Part shown: positions 47,801 to 60,358 of the stretch, piece by piece | Numbering within the stretch: position 1 is the first letter of the stretch | How the letters are laid out: each line of letters begins with the position of its first letter | Assembly: GCF_037042905.1 (NCBI RefSeq) | Contig: NC_087245.1 | Span: forward strand, 25,856,001 to 25,920,000 | Length of the DNA stretch: 64,000 nt | DNA from: Lytechinus pictus | Lineage: Eukaryota | Direction: 5' to 3' | The notes under the pieces: model-generated | Seen by the model: only the letters and a program-made list of their open reading frames with translations | The model's database searches: none | What the model was told of the DNA's origin: nothing | Position numbers and translations under genes: made by a program

Positions 47801-50107
47801 CATAAAGTTAACCAAGGGTTTACTAAACATAAGTATTAGAATACCATTTGTTATCTACATATATCATAAAATTTTAATTAGTATACATAAGCAAGAAACA
47901 TTGTCATTAACCTGGTTTCTTAGCAGCTCGTAATTGGATCCAGAACCCTGATTTTGTTGTGCTAAAATCAGTGGTAAAGATCATGGTGATTGAATTGGTA
48001 GATGATATGAAGTCTCGTGATTCTAGGACCTCATTCTCCCATAATCCTGTCCAATCGCGCCATTTTGATCCTTGATTTGAAAAGCTATCAACACCATCGC
48101 ATATGTACACGTGGTCGTGCCCGGTTTCGACATCGAATGATCTTACAATAACTTCAATGACGTAGCCTTCATGGGTTCGGATATCCCATAGACGATAGTA
48201 GTTGTTTGGGTAGTTTGACGGATTATTCATTGACCTGATCGATATCGTTCCACCTTCATTTACTTCAGTTATATCTGGTGGAAAATGGAAATAAGAACAT
48301 GACATTGATCAAAGTAAGGAAACATGTTGCACGTTTTTACTTTCTAGCTCAATGATATATCTAGAACAAATTATCGTCAGCTTTCTAGACATTAATGTAA
48401 GGTATTTACAAAGTTACAATATGTCTTTTAATCATCTATCTATATATGTTATGTTTATCGTCACAGACAAGACAGAATAACCAGCTATGACAAGACAATA
48501 AGACCTCTTTGGAGTTTGTAATAACTCGTTATAAATAGTCATATCAAAAATAGATTCAAATTGGTAAATCGTTATTTTTATTCAAGCAATGTACCCAATT
48601 GAAATTCAAAGCATTAGCAATTTAGCTTTGTAAAAAGTATGCAAATGATTACCGATTTATTTACCTGACATATTGGTACACGAGACGGTTACATTGAAAT
48701 TCAGTTTCCTTTGGATTCGGGAAAATGTAACACTTATCCATGCTGAATTGCTTACTGATGTCACAACACTTGGTGAATCTGACCCACTAAAGCTTGCTAA
48801 CCCAGTGTAAGTTAATGGGTCCTCAAAAAGCACACCAGCTCCATCTTTTTCAGTCCCTTCACCGATGCTCATGAAAACAAAGCCGGCTTCAAAATCAAAA
48901 TCTGAAGTGGAGAATCTAATTCTATGGCGAGAAGTTGTGTTGAAAATCAAAACGAAGTCTTCTTCAACTTTCCCGTCTATATCAACTGATGAAATATTGT
49001 ACTGCTCATCGCCTGTAAGCCAAACATTAGCTATGAAAGAAGAATGAAATAATTGTGGATATTAAAACATTCCCTATACACATACTGTATTAAGAATGAA
49101 TTTTGTAGGAATACAAATTGATAGAAATGCACAGTGCGATATGAAATCTTTCTCTTATGAGAACTCATCAATTCTCCTCTAACGTCGAAAATATCTGTCT
49201 TTCATACAATATATTCTGTTCATCCCAGCCAATACCACATTTTTACATTCATACTTCTTCCCTTTTACCAACATTTTATAGCTCTTTCACAGATGGAAAC
49301 CGACACAGAATACTGCAGGATTATCGTTATACTACAATTATATGATATTAAAAACTGCATCAACAACGCAAAATACACGCAAACATATTAGACGTTGCTG
49401 CACTATGATGTGTAATACGAACGAGCTTAGTTTTCAAGAGTCTATACATCGTTAATATAAACCTTTTCAATAATATGGTTTTATTGCTTTACTCTATGTT
49501 CTATCCGTAAGATAGACACGGAAGATTCGTAGCAGAGAGCAATCAAGTATCAATGTATTTGAACGCTATACACTCTTAAAATGTTGGGCATCATACTGTC
49601 CACACAACAATGGGTTAAAAAAAATATCCAACTCTGGGTAGTTTTTAACCAACATTGTGTAATTTTCACCCAAAGCACACATTATTGGTTTAAAACTACC
49701 CAGAATTGGATAAAGTTTTAACCAATTGTGGACAGTATGTTACCCAACATTTTTAAGAGTGTAGAAGGGAAATAAGAAATTCATAAATTTCGCGGTGACA
49801 TAGTGAATGGGGTAAATGAACGTGCAATACTAGTCTATTAAGTAATCTTCAATAATCAGATTTAGTTTGGTATGCCTAAAATGGATATATTACTCTTCCT
49901 TCGCAATGTTTATTAAATAGCATGTCTCTCACACGAGGCAAACTTCCGACTATGTAAAACATACCAAGTTCTTTTATTATTTTTATTAGGAATTCAGGAG
50001 GTATACTTATTATTGTACTTACATGACCCTGCGGCACACATTTTAAGGAGAAGCATAAGACCCCCAAAACAATAGATGCAAAAACTAATTCCACGGACAG
50101 AATTCAT
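38379..50107 (-). CDS. Gene 2: type I membrane protein, signal peptide + 2 CUB-like domains + Thr/Ala-rich stalk + TM + Tyr-rich tail (6 coding exons, 509 aa)
   Basis: Exons 50107-50023, 49030-48665, 48274-47912, 40209-40096, 39575-39448, 38852-38379; GT-AG, phases 1,1,1,1,0; 1530 nt with no internal stop. Confidence 0.8.
39448..39575 (-). CDS. Gene 2 transmembrane exon
   Basis: GPLLDTLIFKWVAIISSSILLLVILTCTVLKYKRRKQTARNDT; hydrophobic run plus basic stop-transfer; phase 1 to phase 0. Confidence 0.85.
40096..40209 (-). CDS. Gene 2 mucin-like stalk exon
   Basis: aaacgtag|AAATTASAASVATTTTTSNASTTHEDPVPSTSSYIITT|gtacgt; 114 nt, phase 1-1; the paralogous exon in gene 3 is also a multiple of 3 (138 nt). 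Confidence 0.75.
42859..43129. mobile_element. hAT-type MITE nested in the 41118-47192 element
   Basis: Termini cagaagcggatctag / ctggatccgcccctg, same terminal class as 16065-16187; TSD not clean. Confidence 0.65.
43574..44413. mobile_element. 840-bp TIR element, superfamily not assigned
   Basis: Perfect 14-bp TIRs gtattaccggacac / gtgtccggtaatac plus inner inverted pair atcatgattccggacgcgc (~43776) / gcgcgtccggaatcatgat (~44380). Confidence 0.75.
47912..48274 (-). CDS. Gene 2 CUB domain 2 exon
   Basis: One amino-acid difference from the gene 1 exon (VIEVIV vs VIDVIV). Confidence 0.9.
48665..49030 (-). CDS. Gene 2 divergent CUB-like domain 1 exon
   Basis: 366 nt, phase 1-1; four amino-acid differences from gene 1 seen by eye. 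Confidence 0.85.
50023..50107 (-). CDS. Gene 2 signal-peptide exon
   Basis: MNSVRGISFCIYCFGGLMLLLKMCAAGS then gtaagt, phase 1. Confidence 0.8.
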
Positions 50108-53100
50108 GGCTAACAACTCTGCCAGGCAATGTTTCCTAAATGACAGTAAATACGGGGCTAAACACTAAACATCAAGCTGGTTCTTGATATCCTGGTGAAT
50201 AACAGAAGCGAGTGACGCAATATCTTTCGCTTTCATACATGATTGTCAAGCAAGTAATTATACCAGTATACTCTTACGCAAGCAATTATACCAGTACACG
50301 TTGTTATATTTAGTCTGAAGTAAGGTGGAAAGTGGGGAACGCAAAACAGATTGCCTTAAACTGATAGTTGATATTATTTTCAATATCACCAACATCATTA
50401 TTACTCTATACTATTACTATTATCATTACTATTGCAGTTTTTATTCTTAGTAACCGTCGCGTCGTATCCAAACGTTATCACCTTGCCGAATGTTTTAGTA
50501 TATTAGCACGTACACAGTGACGGACTTAACTAGCTTTGCTATTGACAGTTTCTGAAGGGTTAGCGTGTTCTCTCTTACCAAGACCTAACTCTGAACATGG
50601 TTATATTATTTATGAAGGAGTATAGAATCCATCACTTAACAGACTTTGTTTAATTTTCCAAAAATTGAAAAAAGCTCCTTTTTTTCCCTGTCAGAGGAGG
50701 AGAACAATTGAAAGAAGATCACGTGATAAGAAGAAGTTTGCTATTTTTTTCTCGCCACCGAAAACAGTCACGTTTAATGTTTAGGGATAGCGAGAATACA
50801 CACGCTGTCTAATGATGGCGCACTTCCTTGTTGTTAAATTCCGTATAGACCAGCTTTTGAATATGTTTTTTTATTCCATCGAAGTAGCATTTAAGCCAGG
50901 AAGCACCCATCACCTCAGGGATACGATTTACCATCCTGACACTCTCTATAAAGAAAAATCAGCCACTGAACAATTAATAACAACGATTCACTTCCGGAAT
51001 GTATATTTAATCGATGGTTCAAAATTTATTAGCATTTAATTTTTTTTTAAATCAATTTTAATGAAAAATATCTATGCTGTGTTTAATTGGTCGAGCATGA
51101 GCTGAATACAATCGTTAATGATATTTCGTTGTTTGGCAATTATGAAACCCTTCATTATTTTGGAATCCTTTGAAGTGATTCGTTGAATTGTTCGAGTTAA
51201 AAGCAATCAGTAACTTTATCCTGGATTCAAAATCCAAATACTGATTCACCAGATAATTCATTCATTATGGCAATTCTTTAGATCAGACTAGAATAGCCAT
51301 CGCTTTAACAACCAAGTAGTCAGCAATTTATCAAGATATAAACGATGGCGTGATATGGGTACCATATACCATTTCGACTTTTCTCCGGCAGGTAAAGTCT
51401 CCATGTATCGGATGTCGTCGTGCTGGGAGCACTTATGCAAGGCGAATGACAAGCCTCGATTATTGGTAACATCTTCAGATAGATAATAATAACTTCAATT
51501 TCGTATAAAAAGGTTTGTAAAATCGTTATTTATACGACGGAGAGATACGGTTTACCTCTCATATCATAGATAATAATGCTTCATACTTTTTACAAAAATA
51601 ATTCATGCATTTGGCAGGTATATTATATTCTTTTTTATCAAATCACAAATTCAATTCTCGGGTACTTCAGCTTTTTTTCATTATGCAACCTCTCTCCCTC
51701 TCATTCTCTCATCTCTCAATCGTTTCCTATCATATTTCTATGACACTCCCTTGCCATATTCTCCCCCCCCCCACCTCCCTCCTCCCCCTCCCCCTCTCTC
51801 TCTCTTGCACTAATTCAGACATACAGTATATGGAACTGCTTTTGAAGACAATCATGACAATCAAATTGCTCAACGCTGAATATTGCTGTAAAGTCTATGA
51901 CGCCCTCTTTCGTGATGCTTTAGAGGTAACTTCTGCAGATCCATACATGGTTTTAGGCAGCTGCCCCTCGCCCATTTTCAAACAAGGGAATTTTCTGTTG
52001 AATCTTGTTGTATTGTTTATCATCGTAATTTTTGTTGAATTCCCTTAAATATATATCCGATTGACTCTTCTGCACTCCTAAATGTTTACTAAATTTAAAT
52101 TTATCTTTTCTCGCTCGCACATTTTCCCCATAAAATGCACCGTATCAACTCAGCCCCCGGTAGATATTTGCCTCATTATACACCACTAAATATAATAATC
52201 TAGTACAATCTAGTAAAATTTAGTACAAATAACAACTAAACGAGAAGGTCAATTTATGATAAATTACAAAATTCTGACACATTTTGCAGTCACATATTCA
52301 CAATTGCCGCAGTAGTAGGTTGCAGTTTTAAGGGTCGTTTCGAAGCAAAAACAAAATTGGCAAATTACAAACCAATAGAATCCACAGGCTTAGAAACAAA
52401 TGTATACAATAACAGAAGTTCGATACATTTTCACCGTTTAAAAGTTGAGTATTTGGCTTCAGAAACACTCCTACCAGCCAGCCCGCTAGCCAGCCTTTAT
52501 TTCACTTTTAACGGGCCAGATGTCAGGCGTCATCTCCTCTGAGTGGAATTGTGAAAGACTGAAAGCAGTTGTTTGCATGTTGACAAATTTTGAATATTTG
52601 CTCTCTTTTTTTTGTTACATTTATGAATACGAATGATATTAAACAATATGATAATAAAAAATATCATTATCTAAAGGAAGGATTTTAGTGCTTAAAAGCA
52701 AAGTTTATAATTTATACCATATTTTGTAACTATTTGTATTTTCTGTACTTGGCTACCCTCCCCCACCTAAAATATTTGGGATGTATCAACCACCACCCCC
52801 CTTTCCCCCTTGTGATCGACAACCATGGTCGATAGCTGCGGATTTTGTAGATTTTAGGGGGGGGTTTCAAAGCAGAATGGAAATGCATTAAGAGAAGTTA
52901 GGGAGCTTTATCTGTGTTATGGGGAATAATTTTCGAGTCTCCAAAATGCAAAAATCAGCAAATAAAGGGGTCAAGATACAACAAGGGTCCAAGCTGAATA
53001 AATATTAAGTTTATCAGTCTCTAATAATAAAATCCATTATGATTTTCTCTTTTTAGTAAGTATGTATTTTATTCATTCTATTTGAAAATACATATTGCAA

Positions 53101-56100
53101 AAAATAACAAATCCAATTAGTTCATTGGGTGTTTATATGTAAATTCATTGTAATACAGCACTGTGAACAAAATAATGTGTACCCTGATAACACATGAAGA
53201 ACTAGAACTACAAAAAATGAACAGGGAAATCAAATTGAGATTTAATAACCGATACTCCTCGTCTAGGTTTGGAAGATATTCTAAGTACATATACTATATA
53301 CTGATACTAAAAATATATGCAATATACTACTGCAATACCAATACGTATACTACTACTACTTATGTTACTACTACTACTAGGTCTACTACTACTACCATAA
53401 CTACCACTAATACGACTATACGACTGCTATTACTAATATTACTAAAACTACTAATAGTATTACCACTAATACCACCACAATATAACTGCGTGTACTATCA
53501 CTACTTTGACATGTCTGCAATATATTGCTATTCCTACTGGTGAAAGTGTGGAATCAAAGTAATTACTGATATTTCAAATCATTACTATTTTCTATTAATC
53601 ACGACAATGACAAAAATTCAATCACAACTAGTATTTGACATGATTTTAATGCTGGATATGTTAAATTCATCAAGTAATTTTGCATCCGAGGAACTACTAT
53701 ACTTCTTACAGTACGAACCCTGTTAAGTATTTGAATATAATTTCTACTCCTGCTAAGATTATAGTCCTACAGCGGTGCCCAATCATACTGGAAATTACTC
53801 ATAGGTATACATTGTATACAAACGCACAAAGTGACACTTTGCATAAAACACACCCACACAATTTTTATGATGGAGAAATTTGCATAATGAAGAAGCTATA
53901 GATATCGTTGGGGTTTTGGGGAGGTTTAAAATGAAAATATTTCTAGCAAAATAACTGTACATGTACATGCTGACTTAATTTACTAAAATTAGATATCCAA
54001 ATTCGTCGTTCCCGAATGATCAAATTTTGTCCTCTGAACTATTCCCATCATATCCCGAGCCGCATCGTATAAATTTGCTCTCTCATGTGTGGGGTTATAA
54101 TTTCTGATCGAGATGGTATTACTATCTCTTAATCTACTAGGGCCTACAGACATGGCAGAGGGATTCTTAATAGCGGTTAGAAGTGTCAGTGCTGTCAATG
54201 TTATAATAATGACTCGACAATTGCTCATCCTTTTCTCCGATGCTTTTCATCGTCATCATACAACTTTCGTAGGCATGGTAGGTGTGGGGAGATCCTTGCT
54301 GACTACTAGAAAGGGATGTATCCAAGTATGTATGATTGATATCTGTATAACCATCTCGACTGACTGGGGATCGTTCATCAGGTAGTTCTCCTCCCTTGTC
54401 TCTGTCTGGAATCATGTATCCAAACTCATCTACTCGTTCATTATCAGGACCAGATGCTGGCCAATTAGAGTCTCCCACAGGACTATGGGATGGAGCTAGA
54501 AGGTATTCAGGGATAGTTTCATACGGTCTACCAGGAAGAGAATCAGGTTCAGTGGAAGATTCTTGTATTCTTTCTCCCGTAGGTTCTTCGTATTGCATGT
54601 TGTGTAGTCTCTCTGACTCGGGACCCTTTGCCGAAATGTCCTAAGAAGAAGAGTTATGGAAAACAAATATCCCGGGCAAATTGATAAAATCACTAAATTC
54701 CTCCTAAAAATATTCGGTAAATATCGTCATCATATATAGTGTGTTTCGTTGCGAAAACATGTAAACACAGACACGTGAACCAAATATAAAATTATGTAGC
54801 TTTTCTTTCTCGTTCAATTGTAGTCGGAGATAATGAAAGCATAAGAATAATTTGTGACTGATAAACATTACAGAACCAAGGAAAGATTAACAACAAATGT
54901 AATTATTCTCCTTAAACATCGATCTCTTTAATTTCGGGATTCCTTAATTAGCATTTATAAAATTTATTCGTTTCTTTCTTAAACAGTTAAATATTAATAT
55001 GCCTAAATATTACCAAACTGCAGAGATTTATCAATACTTTCTCCATCAAAATATTTAGAACTTTTTAATTTTAAAGAATGAACTTCTGAATCGTATTAGC
55101 GCACGTTATGTATGACAGTCACAGTAGCTTCGTTCTAAGTTTTACCCTACATGTTCCTTTCTAAAACATCAAAAATAAAATCGAAAAGCAATCAAATAAC
55201 AACTGTCCTATTGTAAAAAATAAAAAAATGTATCTTACCGTGTCATTACGCGTTGTCTGTTTCCGTCGTTTATATTTTAGGACCGCGCAGGTAAGAATGA
55301 CCAGAAGCAAAGTGGACGATAATATAATGGTTCCCCACTTGAAAAAAAGGGCGTCTAATAGTAGACCTAATGGGAAAAAATAAATCAAGGATTATTTATT
55401 GATAAGGTGAATGTCTGTTTGTCAGCAAAAAGCATTTAAAAAATGTACAAAAATACTTATTAAAGCAATCAAGGTTGTTTACAGTTTTATCATGTTTAGT
55501 ATTTCCATTCTACCGTATTCATCTTTATGTTACTGAAATTCTAAAATCTCTATTCGCAATGCTAGATTTTCCTTCGACATCTTGACGGAAAAATTAAGGG
55601 GGCAGTCCATTCAAATAAAGATCATACACGTAAATGAATTTGAAATTGTAATGTTGATAATGGTACTGAGAGTAAGTTTATTTTGTTTTATTTAAGTTGG
55701 AGAATGTAATAAAGACACCTGACTGATCATTGCTAGTATATACCTCAATCTTGACTTTCATTGGATTAAGTGTTTCTTTCCAAATACTACACAACTTTCA
55801 TCTAGATCATGGAGATAAGAAGTGTCAAATGAAGATTAGTGTCCCAACGCTATAGAGTTTGATGAGGTATACCATTAGATTGCATAAAATACAAAAAATA
55901 CATTCATTGGAAAGTGTAACGTACCCGTTGTAATTATATATGATGAGGTTGATGAAACAGGATCTCCGTGGGTTGTGCTTGCATTTGATGTTGTTGTTGC
56001 TGCTGCTGCCGATGTTTTTGTTGTTGCTACTGCTAATGGTGATGTTGTTGTTATTGCTGCTGCTGGGTTTGGTTTAAGAATAAAACATATTTTCATGCCA

Positions 56101-56575
56101 ACAATAGATGATGGTCCTTCCAAAACAGATAAATGATTACATATACTCTTTATTGTCTTTATTGTTGTTGTTTCAAATACTCATTAAACCTCAAATAAAA
56201 ATTATTTATCGTGTGTAATATAATGGCAGCCGTCATAATATATATTTCATTAACTCTGGTAGCCATTAACCATTGGTGTACACTTTTTACCCTCGAAATG
56301 ATATACATTCAATGAAATAAAGAAGTACCGACGGTAAGTTATTCAATTTTCATATTTACAAAGGGACATTATATAATGATTTCAACTCAAACTTAAATTT
56401 TCTAAATAATAGTCTGATTCGTCGTGCCTTATTGCAGTCACATATTCATGTTTATATTTTCTTCTTTTGTTTAAAACAGAAGACCCTGAAATCTTTACGT
56501 ATCTCTATTATACATTAGGGACAAATTTATACACAAATAATATCGATAGTACTTGAGACAGCCAATCATTCAATA

Positions 56576-57752
56576 CACACAAAAAACTGAGGTGCTAAAT
56601 GTTCGGTGCTGAGTGAGATTCTACACTTGAAGTGCCAAAATCAGCACTTGAAGGGTTAACTTTTACAAGGAAACCGAAACGTGCTGAATATTTGAGTGCT
56701 GAAAACGAGTGCTAGACGAGAAAAAATAAAAATGTAGCACTTCAAATTGAGTGCTGACTGCAAAACGTGATCTGATTGGTTGCTTCGCAAAGCTGGGATC
56801 CGGATTTGCATACTCATGTCCTGATTTGTTCGCTCGCCGCTCGCTAGTGAGTTTGCTACACATGTTTCTTCGGGACCACCGTATACCCCTGGGGCAGGTC
56901 CGGCCTCGCGATCAGGCCGCGCCTGGCCTGGGCCTGATGAGGCATGGAATGCGCGCACCGTCTACGATCTATAGTGTGCACAAGACGTTGGTTCCGTCAC
57001 GGTGTAGTCAGAGGCAAAGCAAGGTAAGCATGCACTAAATATTTAAGTTCAGGTTTAAGTTAGAAGTATAATACAGACTACTTTCATAGTTTAGACTCTA
57101 GTCTAGAGTCTTGTCAAACTTAGAAGATGGGGTATCTTTGCTATAAATGCCATTTGATTATTCCAGGGCCTGTTGCAAAGTTGATCAGCCATCTACACAT
57201 GGCTCATGCGTTATTTGACATGCCCCATCTTCATTTGGTTTGTGGTCAAGGTGCATGTCCTTCATCATTTACCACTTTCAACTCGTACAGGAAACATTTA
57301 TTAAACCAACATCCACAAGATGAACCTGAACCTGAAGTTGTACAAGGTATGGATGGTCTAGTTGATGCTGATTTGGGTGTTGGTGTTGGTGAAATGCATA
57401 ATCCTGCATGAAAAATATTCTCATTTTGTTTTCATTCTGTCTCACATTATTGCACCTAAAGGGGTGTAAATTTAGCACTTAAAGATCCAATTTTAGCACT
57501 TTTAGGAGCTTGGATAGTGACTGCACTCGATGTGCTGGTTTAGCACTTGCATAAGGGTTGATCTGATAGCACCCAAAAGGGAGCTGAAGTTAGCACTTTA
57601 AGTGCACAACAATCAGCACCTTTCGGTGCTAGCAAAGTAGCCCGGGTGCAAGTGCTAAATCAGCACTTCGAGTGCAGTCACTATACAAGCTCCTAAAAAG
57701 TGCTAAAATTGAATCTTTAAGTGCTAATTTTAGCACTTTATTTTTTTGAGTG
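56576..57752 (+). mobile_element. Internally deleted EnSpm/CMC-type transposon
   Basis: TA|cacacaaaaaa ... tttttttgagtg|TA; many agcac/gtgct subterminal repeats; absent at the paralogous site (~40741, aatcattcaa-aa-tcaga). Confidence 0.85.
57127..57411 (+). pseudogene. Truncated transposase N-terminus with two C2H2 zinc fingers (94-aa ORF)
   Basis: CYKC...LISHLHMAH and CGQGAC...FTTFNSYRKHLLNQH; resembles the N-terminus of animal EnSpm-type transposases; upstream donor aag|gtaagc near 57024. Confidence 0.7.
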
Positions 57753-57898
57753 TATCAGACAAATTGATAACTGTTTGTGCAGAGTATCGGTGACGGGAAA
57801 ATACCTTTCTTAAAGTAAAATCAACGTTATCCATTGCTTAAAACAATAATTCCTTAAATATTTACGTCTAACCTCCAATATGTGAGGTATTCCTGATG

Positions 57899-58346
57899 TT
57901 ATTTTTGTTTTCTAGTTCCTGTATTTTTATATGAACGGTTTTAAAAATAAGGTAATAGAGAAAAGTGGTTGACGGACGGTAAAATGTTCATTATATCATG
58001 GGATTGCACTACGAGTTTAGGAACCGGTTATCATCCGTGGGAATTCGAAATGGGCTTTTAAAATTCTCATAGACTACATAATTTTGAGTCGGCTTCGTAT
58101 GTTGTCTTAGCATCTCTGGTATTTTTTATTTCTAGTTCCTGTATTTTTATATGAACGGTTTTAAAAATAAGGTAATAGAGAAAAGTGGTTGACGGACGGT
58201 AAAATGTTCATTATATCATGGGATTGCAATACAAGTTTAGGAACCGGTTATCATCCGTGGTAGTTCGAAATTGGCTTTACATCGTCACCGTGTAGCCCTG
58301 CTAACATTCAAAATGGGCTTTTAAAATTCTCAGAGACTACATAATT
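57899..58346 (+). repeat. ~220-bp tandem direct duplication
   Basis: tttctagttcctgtatttttatatgaacgg...gaaccggttatcatccgtgg at ~57909 and ~58129. Confidence 0.85.
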
Positions 58347-60358
58347 ATAATAATTCATTATGAATAGTCATATTAAAAATAGAATTAAATTGGTAAATCG
58401 TTATTTTTATGAAAACAATGTACCCAACTGAAATTCGGTGTATTAGCAATTTAGCTTTATAAAATATAATGCAAATGATTTTCGATATAATATCATTTAC
58501 CTGACATATTGGTACACGAGACGGTTACATCGAAATTCAGTTTCCTTTGCATTCGGTCAAATGTAATACTTATCCATGCTGAACTGCTTACTGATGTCAC
58601 AACACTTGGTAAATCTGATCCACTGAATCTTGCTAACTTAGTGTAAGTTGGTGGGTCATCAAAAAGCACACCAGCTCCATTTATTTCAGTCCCATCACCA
58701 ATGCTCATGAACACCGGTTTCAAAATCAAAATCTAAAATGGAGAATCTAATTCTATGGCGAGATATTGTGTTGAAAATCAAAACGAACTTTTCTTCAACG
58801 TTCCCGTCTATATCAAGTGATGAAATATTGTACTGCTCATCGCCAGTAAGCCAAACATAAGCTATGAAAGTAGAATGAAATAATTGTGGATATTAAAACA
58901 TTCCCTATACACATACTGTATTAAGAATGAATTTTGTAGGAATACAAATTAATAGAAATGCACAGTGCGATATGAAATCTTTCTCTTATGAGAACTCATC
59001 AATTCTCCTCGAACGTCGAAAATATATGTCTTTCATACAATATATTCTGTTCATCCCAGCCAATACCACATTTTTACATTCATACTTTTTCCCTTTTACC
59101 AACATTTTATAGCACTTTCACAGATGGAAACCGACACAGAATACTGCAGGATTATCGTTATACTACAATTATATGATATTAAAAACTGCATCAACAACGC
59201 AAAATACACGCAAACATAGTAGACGTTGCTGCACTATGATGTGTAATTCGAACGAGCTTAGTTTTCAAGAGTCTATACATCGTTAATATAAACCTTTTCA
59301 ATTATATGTTTTTATTGATTTACTCAATGTTCTATCCGTAAAATAGACACGCAAAATCGCAACAGGGAGCAATCAAGTATCAATGTATTTGAACGCCATA
59401 CACTCTTAAAATGTTGAGCAACATACTGTCCACACAACAATGTGTTTTAAAAAATATCAAACTCTGGGTAGTTTTTAACCAAGACTGTGTAGTTTTCACC
59501 CAAAGCACACATTATTGGTTTTAAACTACCCAGAATTGGATAAAGTTTTAACCAATTGTAGACAATATGTTGCCCAACATTTTTAAGAGTGTAGAAAGGA
59601 AATAAGACATTCATAAATTTCGCGGTGACATAGTGAATGGGGTAAATGAACGTGCAATACTAGTCTATTAAGTAATCTTCAATAATCAGATTTAGTTTGG
59701 TATGCCTAAAATGGATATATTACTCTTCCTTCGCAATATTTATTAAATAGCATGTCTTTGGCACGAGGCAAACTTCCGACTATGTAAAACATACCAAGTT
59801 GTTTTATTATTTTTATTAGGAATTCAGGAGGTATACTTATTATTGTACTTACATGACCCTGCGCCACACATTTTAAGGAGAAGTATAAGACCCCCAAAAC
59901 AATAGATGCAAAAACTAATTCCACGTTTAGAAATCATGGCTAACAACTCTGCTCGGCAAAAGTTTCCTAAATTGCAATAAAATAAATCTAACAACTAAAC
60001 ATCAAGCTGGTTCTTGATATCCTGGTGAATAACAGAAGCGAGTGACGCAGTATCTTTCGCTTTCATACATGATTGTTAAGCAAGAAATTATACCAGTTTA
60101 CTCATAAGCAAGTAATTATACCAGTATACACTTTGTTATTTTAAGTCTGAAGTAATGTCGAAAGTGAGGAACGTAGGCTACAACATATTGCTTTAAACTG
60201 ATATTATTTTCACTATCACCAACATCATATTACTCTCATTACTATTATTATCATCATTTAAAGTGTTGCAGTTTTTATTCGTAGTAGCCGTTGTGTCCAA
60301 ACGTTATCACTTTGCCAAATGTTATAGTATATTAGCTTTTACACAATGAGGGACTTAA

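Larger units (their letters stand above)
47907..58345 (+). repeat. Segmental duplication copy B
   Basis: Aligns to 32135-41105, with the 56576-57752 insertion and a local duplication at its right end. Confidence 0.95.
54167..59937 (-). pseudogene. Gene 3: paralogue with frameshifted CUB1, no CUB2 exon, and intact signal, stalk, TM and tail exons
   Basis: Exons 59937-59853, 58861-58501 (361 nt; 5-nt deletion near 58712 gives ETGVHEHW*), 56062-55925, 55366-55239, 54640-54167. Confidence 0.75.
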
